This document shows, in pieces, positions 10,170-20,344 of a stretch of DNA of 52,997 bases. The notes under the pieces were generated by a model that saw only the letters and a list, made by a program, of their open reading frames with translations, was not told where the DNA came from and searched no databases. A program made the translations under genes and the position numbers. Numbering within the stretch: the first letter of the stretch is position 1; the number at the start of each line of letters is the position of its first letter. The DNA is from Synechococcus sp. (GTDB lineage: Bacteria; Cyanobacteriota; Cyanobacteriia; Thermostichales; PCC-7336), in NCBI GenBank assembly GCA_051439605.1, contig JBFRWN010000068.1, forward strand, positions 1-52,997, in the 5' to 3' direction.

Positions 10170-10766
10170 CTAGCTTCCCGGTGGAGGAGGTAATGGCTGC
10201 TGTTGCTTGTCGGCCCTGAGGGGGACGACATCTAACCCACTCCTAATTAGCTCTAATTGATAGCGTCCCGGTTCGGGGACGATCTGGGAAAGCCCCGGAA
10301 TGCTGTGTAGATAAACAGTATCGAAACGAATACTAGGAACTTTCATCACATCGCCATCAATATCGCCCCAGAAGTACCACATTTCTTTGATTCCCGTGGA
10401 GGTGGGCTTGAAGCAGGATTTCGGCTTCAAGGTGGCCAACTTACCCCTCTGAACAGACGGCCATCCCGAAACCCAAACTGGCTCCATCGGTAGCTTGCCT
10501 CCCTGCTGCGATAGCCACTTCCTGAAGCGTCCCGTTACTTCGACCTCGATAGGACTCTCAGTCCCCTCTACTTGAAACAGGATCTGCTCGCCAGCGATGC
10601 TAAAACTCCCACGTAACCAACAGAAAAAAGTACCGCTTTCACCTTTAGCAGAATGCGCTGGCATCGACTGTTTTCGACCTTTCTTATGCGCAGGTTGCTT
10701 TCCTCTGAGCTTGGGGTGTGCCCGCTCGAAATCTAACCGAGTTGAACCCGTTCTCTGAGGTTTCAT
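10170..10766 (-). CDS. Hypothetical protein
   Basis: 198-aa ORF with basic N-terminus; no motif recognised. Confidence 0.55.
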   Translation of the reverse strand: MKPQRTGSTRLDFERAHPKLRGKQPAHKKGRKQSMPAHSAKGESGTFFCWLRGSFSIAGEQILFQVEGTESPIEVEVTGRFRKWLSQQGGKLPMEPVWVSGWPSVQRGKLATLKPKSCFKPTSTGIKEMWYFWGDIDGDVMKVPSIRFDTVYLHSIPGLSQIVPEPGRYQLELIRSGLDVVPLRADKQQQPLPPPPGS

Positions 10767-10904
10767 AACGATAGTTTCGTTCGTTAGGTCTACCTTATCT
10801 CTCGTTCTTTTTCTCGGTCATGGGCAAACTGATTTCGTTGAGGATGAACTCAACCACGAGTACTCGACACGAGCACTAAAATTGGTTTACAACACTGCTA
10901 GTTT

Positions 10905-12353
10905 CTAAGAATGGCTTTCTTCTGCTTCAGGTATTTCCAACAGCGATTCCATGGCAACCTGAAGCTCCCGCGTCAACTGTACAACAGCCGCTTTCAATTG
11001 CCGTGGGTCCAGCCCACACTCCCCCCAACGATCGCCGATCCAAATAGGCTGGCCAACGGTAATCTCGGCCCGTCTCCATCCCAACTGCGGTCGTGAGGGC
11101 AACCCCTTCCCCTGGATACGTTCTCCAGCATCAAATAACAGTAAGGCTCTTTCTGCCAACTGTTCAATCGTTGGAGCTTCGGGAATCGGTGCCTCTATCA
11201 GTGCGACCAAACTTTCCACTAATCTCATGTGGCGCATGTCCAATGCGGTATCTGCCGCCACCCAATCCGCTAAAGCCCAATTCGAACGCCCGAGATTGTT
11301 TGACCCCATTTCTGTCTGTCGATAAATCCGTTGCCATCCAGCTTCCTCCAGACAGCGGCAGCGATGGACCAAGTCGCCCTCATTTGGCAATCCGAATGTT
11401 TGTTCTGCCACCCGTAGTGCGGTGTCTAAGAGAGTCTGGAGCTCTAGAGTCCCGCTGCTTTTGCTCCCACTGAGCTCGGGGTGGGTGGTGAAGTCCATTG
11501 CTGGGATCTGCGCAACGGCATTCGGGTAAAACTGGCGGTAAAAATCCTCCAGGCAAGCCACAATCTGAGTTTGCAACCGATCGAGCCTTACGGCAATTTC
11601 GCATCGATCGGTTGGGTTAGCTGCGGCCCTAATTGAAGAATAGATGGGCAGCCCAAAGTCCCGTTCCAACCGAGAGAGCAATCGATTTAGTCGGGGCCAA
11701 AGGGAGGCGAGGTAGCGGTATCGAATGCCAATCGGGACGATTGCAACCCGTTCCGATCGTCCAGCTTTGCGCAAATCCCTCAGGCACCACATCCCTAGTT
11801 GGGCCAGCCCCCGCTCTAAGGGACCGATGCGATCGCTACAGCCGTTGTTGCCCCCTTCCGGTGCAATCGCCATCGGTAGGGTGCCATTCACCAGCAAGTG
11901 ACGAATCGTGCGCATTGCCGTCAGATCGATCCGTCTGCCCCGACGAACGGGAACACCCCCCAAGCGGGACAGCAACCACCCCAACCAAGCCCCTCCCCAC
12001 AAAGGCATGCCGCGATCGTAAACAAAGTGCGAATGCAGGGGCATTGTCAGGGGGATTCCTTGTTGACGAGCAGCCTGCGGCAGGAGGCGGGACAGCACGT
12101 ACAGCATGGGGAGAGGATCGTCGACTTCAGGGTGGCGTAATGCCATCAGGAAGCGGGTTTGTCCGGTTTGAAATTGGCGGTAAAGCTCGGCTAAGACTTC
12201 AAGGTTGTCGGCTTCTACTCGGGCGATCCGAGCGGTGAGCCACGGTCGAGTCCTCACCCGCAAAAGCAGAGGCAACAACCCCTGAAAGCAAGACAGCACA
12301 AGCGGATTGAACTGCGGCGGGATATAGGTTAGCGGAGGTCGAGCATGGTGCAT
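10905..12353 (-). CDS. Cyanobacterial phospholipid/glycerol acyltransferase-family (PlsC-like) protein
   Basis: RHPEVDDP (HX4D), HSHFVYDRG, IAPEGG, IVPIGIRY; start taken at ATG 12353. Confidence 0.8.
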   Translation of the reverse strand: MHHARPPLTYIPPQFNPLVLSCFQGLLPLLLRVRTRPWLTARIARVEADNLEVLAELYRQFQTGQTRFLMALRHPEVDDPLPMLYVLSRLLPQAARQQGIPLTMPLHSHFVYDRGMPLWGGAWLGWLLSRLGGVPVRRGRRIDLTAMRTIRHLLVNGTLPMAIAPEGGNNGCSDRIGPLERGLAQLGMWCLRDLRKAGRSERVAIVPIGIRYRYLASLWPRLNRLLSRLERDFGLPIYSSIRAAANPTDRCEIAVRLDRLQTQIVACLEDFYRQFYPNAVAQIPAMDFTTHPELSGSKSSGTLELQTLLDTALRVAEQTFGLPNEGDLVHRCRCLEEAGWQRIYRQTEMGSNNLGRSNWALADWVAADTALDMRHMRLVESLVALIEAPIPEAPTIEQLAERALLLFDAGERIQGKGLPSRPQLGWRRAEITVGQPIWIGDRWGECGLDPRQLKAAVVQLTRELQVAMESLLEIPEAEESHS

Positions 12354-12431
12354 AGTTACAAGCAATAGTGTCCCGACATTCTGACTGTATCCCCGACCTC
12401 AATCGTCAACCTCCTTCTCGTCACTTGCCTG

Positions 12432-13280
12432 CTAGTCTTTAATCCCCGATCGCTCCCCCAACCATGCCTCGATATCAGCGATCGCTTGCAGGGCATCAAA
12501 ATCGTTAAACAGATCGTGGTAAGCGTCGGGATACTCGTGTAATGTCTTGTCTGGAAACGTGACCAGCTCGAAAAAGTGGCGCCCCCCTGCTGGTGCCACG
12601 ACGCCATCGGCTCCCCCAATTAGAACCAGTAGAGGTAATTGCCAGTTGCATGCACGGGCGTGGATCCGTGCGATCGTGTCAAAATATTCAGTCACCAACC
12701 GGGCAGTGGCTTGCTTGTGACGCAACGGGTCGAGATCGTAGGCTGCGACAACGGCGCGATCGCGGGAGGCAAGCGATGGATCGAACCCCGTCTCCAAGCT
12801 GAATCGAGGCCAGATCCGCGACAGTATCTGACCCAAAAAAATTCTGATGGGGGAGGCTTTGACTTCCCCCAGAGCCGGTGTGCAGACGATCGCCCCTCGC
12901 ACCCCATCCGGTTGGCACAGGAGGAAATCCAGCGCCATGGCGGCTCCCAAACTGTGACCCAAGAGAAAGAGTGGGACATGGGGCTCTTGCGATCGCACCT
13001 GCACCAGAAATCGCTGGATATCCCCCCGGAATTCTGCCCAACAGTTGATGTACCCTCGCTGCCCTTGCGAGCGACCGTGACCGCGCATATCCGGAGCATA
13101 AACAGCGTATCCCGCTGCAGTTAGGGCGCTAACGAGCGGCATGTGCAACCCGCTGTGTCCCCCCAGTCCGTGCAGTTGGACAACGACCGCATGAGGCGAT
13201 CGCCCCGAGGGGTACCAACATTGGTAGTAAAGCTGTAGCCCCCCAACCCCTTCAAAGGTGCCGGTCAAATCTTGCTTCAA
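12432..13280 (-). CDS. Alpha/beta hydrolase, lysophospholipase/monoacylglycerol lipase type
   Basis: HGLGGH, DMRGHGRS.G.RG, GHSLG nucleophile, D/H triad (GADGVV, YHDL); TTG start after GGAGG. Confidence 0.88.
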   Translation of the reverse strand: MKQDLTGTFEGVGGLQLYYQCWYPSGRSPHAVVVQLHGLGGHSGLHMPLVSALTAAGYAVYAPDMRGHGRSQGQRGYINCWAEFRGDIQRFLVQVRSQEPHVPLFLLGHSLGAAMALDFLLCQPDGVRGAIVCTPALGEVKASPIRIFLGQILSRIWPRFSLETGFDPSLASRDRAVVAAYDLDPLRHKQATARLVTEYFDTIARIHARACNWQLPLLVLIGGADGVVAPAGGRHFFELVTFPDKTLHEYPDAYHDLFNDFDALQAIADIEAWLGERSGIKD

Positions 13281-13396
13281 AATCCCTCCACCTAACGATC
13301 CCCCACCATTCCACAGGCACAAATTGCCGAGCTGCTGATGTGAACAAGCGGTTTAAGGCATCCACACGTGACGGGCAGCATGACTCAATTCGGTGC

Positions 13397-13936
13397 TCAC
13401 ATCAGGCTTTCCTCAGTTGGGTTGCTATCCACTAGCTCTTCTGGTGAACGATGGGTCAGTTCGCTGTAGCGAATTTCAAGAACGTACAAGAACGTATTCC
13501 CCCGTTTCTTGTGGGTTCTCATCACGAGGTAGTTACCCGATTCCCAGGCTTGATGAGAGTGTCCGGACATCCAACTGCCGATACTGCTGCGAGTCACGCC
13601 CAGATGTTCGAATTTGTTCAAGAACTCGACAATTTCAGCCAGAGAGCCTTCAAATGCAGCAATACAACCCGGCAGGGGAAGGGGCCGTAAGTTCGTTTCA
13701 ATTCCCTCTAGCAAATGACCGCTCTCGTCAAGATAGTGGTGCTGCACCGCAGCAAACCCGTGACGAACCACTTCTATGCGATCTCTGACGACTTCAGAGT
13801 CTTCAGTCGTTAAAGCCTCTGCCAAGGCATTGCAGATCAACTGCTCGAAACTCTGTCCTTTTGTCTCAGCCACAGCTTTCGCTTGCTTGTACAGATCGCT
13901 GGGCATGCGGAGTTCTATCGTCGCATCTTGACTCAT
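13397..13936 (-). CDS. Hypothetical protein with an N-terminal ribbon-helix-helix-like segment
   Basis: TIELRMPSDLYKQAKAVAETKGQSFEQLICNAL resembles RHH/CopG; C-terminus not recognised. Confidence 0.55.
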   Translation of the reverse strand: MSQDATIELRMPSDLYKQAKAVAETKGQSFEQLICNALAEALTTEDSEVVRDRIEVVRHGFAAVQHHYLDESGHLLEGIETNLRPLPLPGCIAAFEGSLAEIVEFLNKFEHLGVTRSSIGSWMSGHSHQAWESGNYLVMRTHKKRGNTFLYVLEIRYSELTHRSPEELVDSNPTEESLM

Positions 13937-14084
13937 TGGCCTACCGTTGAAAGCAAAGCATCAGTTCTAATTACCCATTCATACTGTGTCTCAATAGCCG
14001 CTCCGCTGTAACGACTTGCGGGTCGGACCCCTATTGAACATTAAAATTAAATTCGACGATAGACGCTTGACTGGGGACTGGGCT

Positions 14085-14855
14085 TTACGTGTAACTCGAT
14101 TTCGCTCTTTGGATAATTCCGCGCAATGCTCTGCGGGTACCTCGCTGTCTGTCGTACATCCAACGAACTGCGCTCCAGCTCAGCGGCCGATCCACGTTGA
14201 AGGAAGATTTTTTTGGGGTCACCAAGGCAGCTGGTATGTTCAGCTCTTCGGATGGCAGGAGTGCACTGGCGAGTTCTTTAGCTAAGTCCGTTAGCCCCAT
14301 GCTCTCAGCCAGTTCACAAAGTATAGCTGCCCCCCGATCTCCGCTAGCGTAGCTACTCGTCTTGTCGCAGTATTGCATACCTAAGTCTAGGTGGTCTTCA
14401 AATTCATTGGCAAGGCGAATCAAGATCGGATCTCGTTCGGCAACCTCCATTGAATTGGCGCGCTTGCACAAGTCTTCGATGTTCGAACGGTTCCAACTCA
14501 AATCGCTATACCTTGCGATTAAGTCCTCCGTCTCCTCGCCGACGACAGAACGAACCCTCTTTCGTTTGGAGTCCGTAATTCCGCGTCTAGGATCCGGAAA
14601 CCTTCCCTGTAGATATGCGGCATGCAAGAGTCCAGCGGAGACGATCGTCAATGAGGCCTTTTGGGCTGCTAGAATGCTTGCCGTACCAATCAAATGAGAG
14701 ATAAAGGGCTTTCCGTTCGCTCGAAATAACCCACCGAACAACGAGATAGCTAGGTCGTGTGCAGCCCTGGCTCTGCTGACGTCGAGTGCGCTGTAGCCAC
14801 CACGCAGAAGTTGATTGTAAAGCTGAATATTCGTTTGTGAGTATCCGTGGTTCAT
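14085..14855 (-). CDS. HD-like (DUF6817-type) protein
   Basis: QTNIQLYNQL, GKPFISHLIGTASIL, AGLLHAAY, LANEFEDHLD. Confidence 0.65.
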   Translation of the reverse strand: MNHGYSQTNIQLYNQLLRGGYSALDVSRARAAHDLAISLFGGLFRANGKPFISHLIGTASILAAQKASLTIVSAGLLHAAYLQGRFPDPRRGITDSKRKRVRSVVGEETEDLIARYSDLSWNRSNIEDLCKRANSMEVAERDPILIRLANEFEDHLDLGMQYCDKTSSYASGDRGAAILCELAESMGLTDLAKELASALLPSEELNIPAALVTPKKSSFNVDRPLSWSAVRWMYDRQRGTRRALRGIIQRAKSSYT

Positions 14856-14912
14856 GTCAATCTAATCTGCTCCTTTGCCTGTGCATATTCATCACTTATT
14901 TGGGGTAAAGCG

Positions 14913-15893
14913 CTAGGTTAAAATAGCAGTCAAAATCGGCTGCAACAGATTTAAAAGCGGGGTGACAAAGCGATCAATCAGCCTTGATAACCTTGGTCTA
15001 CCAAGTTTTGGAAACCATCTGGCTACCATATTTTGGATAGGCTTCCATGCTAAACATCGGTGATGAGTGCACCAAGTTAACATTCTCTTACTGTAATTGT
15101 TTGAGTTGGGTAGATTCCATTTTTCACTGAAACGATCCATTGTTTCTCGAGTTGCAGAATCACTCCAACGCCACAGGAAAAAAGGTAAGTCATTGACTGC
15201 AAATGGGGGAGGCGTAACGTAAGTGACCTTTGACGCTGGTTCGATATAGACTTCTTTGCCTACTTCTCGAACGCTCAATGCGAAATCTAGATGTTCGCAT
15301 GCTGTTTTCAGTCCCTCATCTAGAGGTCCTAACCTTTCAAAAGCAGTCATTTTCGCTAAAGTACAATGGAACTCAACAGTCTCGGTTTTCTCTCGTTGCA
15401 AATTTGAGGCAATTGAAGATAGCTTCTTGCCACGATATCGATGTTGTTCGTAAAACTCCCTTTGGCCTCGAATCTCTCGGAAATGAGCAAGCCCACCAAA
15501 CATGTGGATCGTTTCATCTTCGGGTTGCCCTTCAAAATATAAAGGGCCAACAATCCAAGCTCCTGTTTCATCAGAACATTTAACTAAAGCTTTCAGCCAG
15601 CCAGGGTTTACAAAAAGGTCATTATCAACAAAAACAACATATTCTGTCTTGATGTGAGGCAAACTCAGATTTCTTGCTTGATTTGGCCTTAGATATCGCT
15701 GAGTTCTAAGCAGCTTGAATCCCTTCTCCTTCGACGCCATCTCTAAGTAGCGCTGAGTGCTACGAGGAGAATTGCCATCAACATAAATCAACTCAAAAGG
15801 AATTTCTGTGTTTTTGTAAATGCTATTTAAAGACTGCTCTGTGTAGTTAAATCTCTCGCGGGGAGAGACAACAACTGTAACTCTGGGTTGCAT
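14913..15893 (-). CDS. Glycosyltransferase family 2
   Basis: VTVVVSPRE, IYVDGNS, NQARN, FVDND (DxD), EHLDF. Confidence 0.88.
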   Translation of the reverse strand: MQPRVTVVVSPRERFNYTEQSLNSIYKNTEIPFELIYVDGNSPRSTQRYLEMASKEKGFKLLRTQRYLRPNQARNLSLPHIKTEYVVFVDNDLFVNPGWLKALVKCSDETGAWIVGPLYFEGQPEDETIHMFGGLAHFREIRGQREFYEQHRYRGKKLSSIASNLQREKTETVEFHCTLAKMTAFERLGPLDEGLKTACEHLDFALSVREVGKEVYIEPASKVTYVTPPPFAVNDLPFFLWRWSDSATRETMDRFSEKWNLPNSNNYSKRMLTWCTHHRCLAWKPIQNMVARWFPKLGRPRLSRLIDRFVTPLLNLLQPILTAILT

Positions 15894-16195
15894 AAACTTC
15901 GCCCTTGTAAAACTGCGGACTTGGTCAATCTATGGTTGAGCTTAGTTCATCTCACAGGGCTTGATGTTAGTTGCTACCCTAGACAAATCAGCATAAGCGC
16001 TACCTCATGCCCGTCAATTCGAACATATTCAAGCCCAATTATGAACATTTTGAATGTCGTGCCGATATTAGCATGTAAACTTTTTGCGGTTCACGAAAAG
16101 GATGAGAGATGTGTCACAGAGTGTGTTGATGTAGGCGAGCAGAGTTGAGCTGTCCGTGGATCGATCTGGAAAAGCGATCGCAACTGCAGATTTTC

Positions 16196-18217
16196 CTAGG
16201 GCAGGGGGCGATATTCCGCAAATACCATCGAAAACGTTGCCATGCCGTGAGATAGCGATCGCAATTCCGTGGAATATCCAAACATCTCTGCCAAGGGGAC
16301 CTCCGCCGAAATCACCACATCGCTATTTCTAATTTCCGAACCTTGTAGCAAAGCCCGACGAGCCAGCAGCTTGCTCTGAATCCGACCTGTAAACTCGTTG
16401 GGGGTTTCTACTTCCAACTGCATGAAGGGCTCCATCATCACTGGTTCGGCTTCAGCTACCCCGAGATCGAACCCCTGTCTGGCAGCAAAACGAAATGCTA
16501 TCTCCGCAGAATCGACATGATGGTAGGATCCTCCCTCGAGAATCACCTTCACCCCCACCATCGGATAGCCTTTTAGCCAGCCTGTTTGCAGGGCGTCTCG
16601 AAATCCCAGTTCGCAGGCCGGAATCAACTGCGCTGGAATCTCATCGTCCACCACCCGATTTTCAAAAACGAAAGGAGACTCGCACGGCTCCAATCGGCCA
16701 ATAACCCGAGCATATTGCTCAGCTCCTGCCGTCGGTTTCTTGAAGGTGTAATCGAAGCTAGCCGAACGAGTGATGGTTTCGCGGTAGGCGACGGTGGGTG
16801 CTCCCACATAGACTTCTGCACCGTATTCCCGTTTCAGTCGTTCTAGATAAATGTCGAGATGGAGTTCGCCCATCCCCGAAATCAGTGTTTTGTTGGATTC
16901 CGGATCGGTACCGACGTGCAGTGTGGGATCTTCCCGCTCGAAGCGATGGAGGGCTTTTCCTATCCGCTCGACATCAGCCTGGTGTTTGGGGGAGATTGCC
17001 AGCGTCATCACTGGTTCCGGCACTTGAATCCCTTCCAGAGCAAGGGCCGTACCTGGGGAGCACAAGGTATCGCCAGATGCACAATCGATTCCCATCAATC
17101 CAACAATTTCTCCAGCCGAGGCAGAGTCGAGAACCTGACGTTTGTCGGCCTCAATGCGGACGATGCGGCTGACACGGAACTTCTTTTTGGTGCGAGTGTT
17201 GCGGAGGCGATCGCCTGCCTTTAAGGTTCCAGCATAGATGCGGGTGTAGGTCAACAGGCCAAATTCGTCATCAATTAGCTTGAACCCCATTCCTACTACT
17301 GGATTGGAGGGCTCGGGGTAAACGGCTACTGTCTCCTGCGAGGTGAGCTCCGTTGCGGAGATGGGTTCTCGCTCTGCGGGAGACGGCAGGTAGAGGGCAA
17401 CTGCATCGAGTAGGTCCTGCACGCCCTTATTTTTGAGTGCGGATCCCATGAGGACGGGGGTGAATTCACGACTCAATGTGCCCTGGCGAATGGCATCCCA
17501 AATCGTTTGGGGAGGCACCTCCTCTCCGCTCAATAAATGAGTCATCATGGCTTCAGAGTGGATGGAAATGCGATCGAGCAGCTCTTCTCTGGAAGTTTGA
17601 GCCTTATCCCGCAAGGATGCCGGAATCGGTTTTGTCACCCGAACTTCGCCATTCTCCCCTTCGTAATAATGAGCAGCCATTTCAATTAAATCGATGACTC
17701 CTTCAAACTGTCCTTCGGTCCCAATGGGATATTGCAGAAGGATCGGGGTAAAACCCAACGTTTCGTGAAGCGCTCCTACCACCCGAAAAGGATCGGCACC
17801 GAGTCGGTCCAGCTTGTTGATGAAGACAAGACGGGGAATTTGATATCGTCGCATCTGCCGATAGACCGTCACGGATTGGGACTGAACCCCTGCCACTGCA
17901 CACAACACCATCACAGCGCCATCGAGAACCCTGAGAGAGCGCTCCACTTCCACCGTGAAATCCACATGCCCAGGGGTGTCAATTAAGTTAATTTGCCTGT
18001 CTTGCCAAAAACATGTGATGGCAGCTGAAGTTATGGTGATCCCCTTCTCGCGCTCCAGCTCCATGTAATCCATCTTGGCTCCATCACCCTGTCCGCCCAC
18101 TTCCTCAATCTTGTGGATTTTGCCGGTGTAATAGAGTATCCGTTCGGAAAGGGTTGTCTTTCCGGCATCGATATGAGCAAAGATTCCTATATTTCGAAGA
18201 TTAGTGAGGGGAGTCAC
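16196..18217 (-). CDS. fusA: Elongation factor G paralog
   Basis: AHIDAGKTT, EREKGITI, DTPGHVDF, NKLD, GMGELHL, VAYRETI, MFGYSTELRS; stand-alone, not in the str operon. Confidence 0.92.
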   Translation of the reverse strand: MTPLTNLRNIGIFAHIDAGKTTLSERILYYTGKIHKIEEVGGQGDGAKMDYMELEREKGITITSAAITCFWQDRQINLIDTPGHVDFTVEVERSLRVLDGAVMVLCAVAGVQSQSVTVYRQMRRYQIPRLVFINKLDRLGADPFRVVGALHETLGFTPILLQYPIGTEGQFEGVIDLIEMAAHYYEGENGEVRVTKPIPASLRDKAQTSREELLDRISIHSEAMMTHLLSGEEVPPQTIWDAIRQGTLSREFTPVLMGSALKNKGVQDLLDAVALYLPSPAEREPISATELTSQETVAVYPEPSNPVVGMGFKLIDDEFGLLTYTRIYAGTLKAGDRLRNTRTKKKFRVSRIVRIEADKRQVLDSASAGEIVGLMGIDCASGDTLCSPGTALALEGIQVPEPVMTLAISPKHQADVERIGKALHRFEREDPTLHVGTDPESNKTLISGMGELHLDIYLERLKREYGAEVYVGAPTVAYRETITRSASFDYTFKKPTAGAEQYARVIGRLEPCESPFVFENRVVDDEIPAQLIPACELGFRDALQTGWLKGYPMVGVKVILEGGSYHHVDSAEIAFRFAARQGFDLGVAEAEPVMMEPFMQLEVETPNEFTGRIQSKLLARRALLQGSEIRNSDVVISAEVPLAEMFGYSTELRSLSHGMATFSMVFAEYRPLP

Positions 18218-18346
18218 AAGTCAAGTCAAGTTTATAGAAGAAATGAGTACACATACCCACACTAATTTTAAGCTTCATGCCCAATAGACCCAAATGGCCA
18301 TGCCTCTTGATTAGGATTGAGGTAGATAGAATTGGTGGAGAAATGC

Positions 18347-18832
18347 ATGAATAGGTTTCTCGTCGTTACAATTGATGGTACAAAAGCACGGTTCTTCACA
18401 TTTGAGCCCGAAGAACTCCCGGGGAGTGACTCTGGATCGAAGTTGATTGAACGCGAACAGCTAAGCAATCCATCGCACAGCTTGCACGGACAGGATTTGT
18501 GGGCTAATACGAAAACAGGGAGAAATCGAGGAACAAACGGTCAAGGGCATACCTACGACGATCGCCGTCAAAATCATGTTGTTGAGTTCGAGCGACAGTT
18601 CACCAAGGGGATTGCAAACAAAATTGTCGAATTAAATCAAACTTTTGCAACTCAACGATTACTTTTAGTTGCAGAGCCTCAGATTTTAGGAATCATGAGA
18701 GATTCCCTCTCTTCAATCTTGCCTAAGTCGCATAGGATTTCTGAGTTAGCCAAAGATATTTGTCATTTCAAACCTCATGAAATCCACGAATATCTAACAA
18801 AAAAAGCTCTGTTGCCCGCGCGAAGATCGTAA
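18347..18832 (+). CDS. Host-attachment/baeRF (bacterial aeRF1-like) family protein
   Basis: LVVTIDGTKARFF...GRNRG..GQGHTYD...LLLVAEPQILGIMR...ELAKDI. Confidence 0.8.
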   Translation: MNRFLVVTIDGTKARFFTFEPEELPGSDSGSKLIEREQLSNPSHSLHGQDLWANTKTGRNRGTNGQGHTYDDRRQNHVVEFERQFTKGIANKIVELNQTFATQRLLLVAEPQILGIMRDSLSSILPKSHRISELAKDICHFKPHEIHEYLTKKALLPARRS

Positions 18833-18939
18833 ATCGATCTCTATCAAGCGGCTAGGGATTTGGCTAAACTCTTATCTAAGGCCGCCCATCCTTGACGTGA
18901 CCGTCCAACGCTATCTCGGCATGACTAAACCATTAGCCA

Positions 18940-19140
18940 TTAGCTCATGGTTGCATGGCTTCGCTCGTAGTTCTTGCGGAAGGTAGGCTGAACCTTACCT
19001 TGGATGTGCCCCCAAAAATCAATGTGTTCTGCGCCAATACCCACTTGAGCAGCAGACCGAGCTAGCAAAGACTGCTGCCGACTTTTTAGGCGGGCCCGAT
19101 TCAACAACAATAGGCGACGAGCATGTGAAGAAACTTGCAT
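18940..19140 (-). CDS. gifA: Glutamine synthetase inactivating factor IF7
   Basis: ARRLL...KSRQQSLLARSAAQVGI...FWGHIQGKVQPTFRKNYERSHATMS matches the IF7 pattern (KNRQQSMLSRAAAEIG...QGK...FR..YDRS..xS); AGGAGG 6 nt before ATG 19140. Confidence 0.88.
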   Translation of the reverse strand: MQVSSHARRLLLLNRARLKSRQQSLLARSAAQVGIGAEHIDFWGHIQGKVQPTFRKNYERSHATMS

Positions 19141-19209
19141 GGACAACCTCCTGAGCGGGACATATAGGCTGATGTCCTACCTATCCAAATATTAAATCCA
19201 ATCAAAAAA

Positions 19210-19223
19210 GTAGCAAGTAATAC
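19210..19223. promoter_or_regulatory. NtcA box (GTA-N8-TAC) at a repressor position of the gifA promoter
   Basis: GTAGCAAGTAATAC; putative -10 TAATAT on the minus strand at 19194-19189, so the box overlaps the -35 region. Confidence 0.8.
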
Positions 19224-19699
19224 AAAACACAGTCTTTGCTAAGATGCGATTAGGAAAAGGTTAATGATACACTCGGACCTGGACTTTAACTGTTCGAGTA
19301 TTTTTGCTTGTTAAAGAGAAAGGAGATAAGCAGAGTATGGTATAAATTGACCTTTTTGTTTGCTCATTAAGGAATGTCCTTCTTTTCAGGAGATTTTGTA
19401 CGGCAACAATGAAAGTCAATTAACCAACTGGGCCTAGAAAATTATTGGCCGCCAAATGTTGAGGTTTAGGCGGCCTGAAAGGAAATATAGCCAGCTTTTT
19501 ATAGAGGGGCAGCTGGAAGTATTGAAAGAAAATAGTAAGTATCAACAACTAAACTAAAGGAAAACCAACAGAAGGCCGCAAAAAGTTAATATTTCTTCGT
19601 GACAGTATTGGCCGATACACGATGTGCTTCAGGAGTTGGAATGAAATGTAGCTGTGAAGTCATCTTTGTGGTCGTTTTGAACGATTTCGTTGGGTTCAT

Positions 19700-20245
19700 C
19701 AGCCAGCATCATACTTTCGAGTAAAAAGGCCAGCAGAAGCGATTTACTCAGAAAAAGCATATTTTGAGGGCGCCTTGTTGGTTGGATTTTTTGATTGCGC
19801 TCGGGACTGTCCAAAAGCTCCAGAGCACCGATTTGGGATTGCAAATTTTACTGTCCCCACAGCCTCCATTCCCAGCCCCCTTCTGCAAGGGGCTGGAAAG
19901 AGCAGACCATCTCATTAATGGCACTGTATCGAATCCCCCTAACAAGCCAATGGCAACTGTGGCAATTGTTTTACCCACTGCAAAGTGCGATCCCAGTGTC
20001 CCGATGGTGAGGGCAAACATGGAGGGATCCATAAGGGGGGAGGATAGCCAGAATGCCATCAAGGCGGGGAGCGGTACACCGCTGGATAGGAATGCGGCAA
20101 TGAGAGGTATGACTCCGCAGGAACAAAAGGAGGGATGCTCCCGCTAGAGCTCCCATCACAATCGTGTCATTCAGCTTGCCTTGAAAGGTGCGGGCTATGT
20201 GGTTGTCTGCGCCGCTAGCTTGGGCGTATGCAGCAGCTCCGAGGG
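19700..20245 (-). pseudogene. Frameshifted, truncated DUF318/ArsP-type permease
   Basis: Pieces in different frames: AAYAQASGAD..IARTFQG / PFCSCGVIPLIAAFLSSGVPLPALMAFWLSSPLMDP / LFLSKSLLLAFLLES; both termini missing; ends approximate. Confidence 0.8.
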
Positions 20246-20344
20246 AGAGGAGATTGTGTATAGTCGCTACGTAACAAACTGATAGATCTCTGACGAGATC
20301 CCAGTGCTGTCAGTTTCATCGCTATCGTAGATTCTAGTTTGCTC

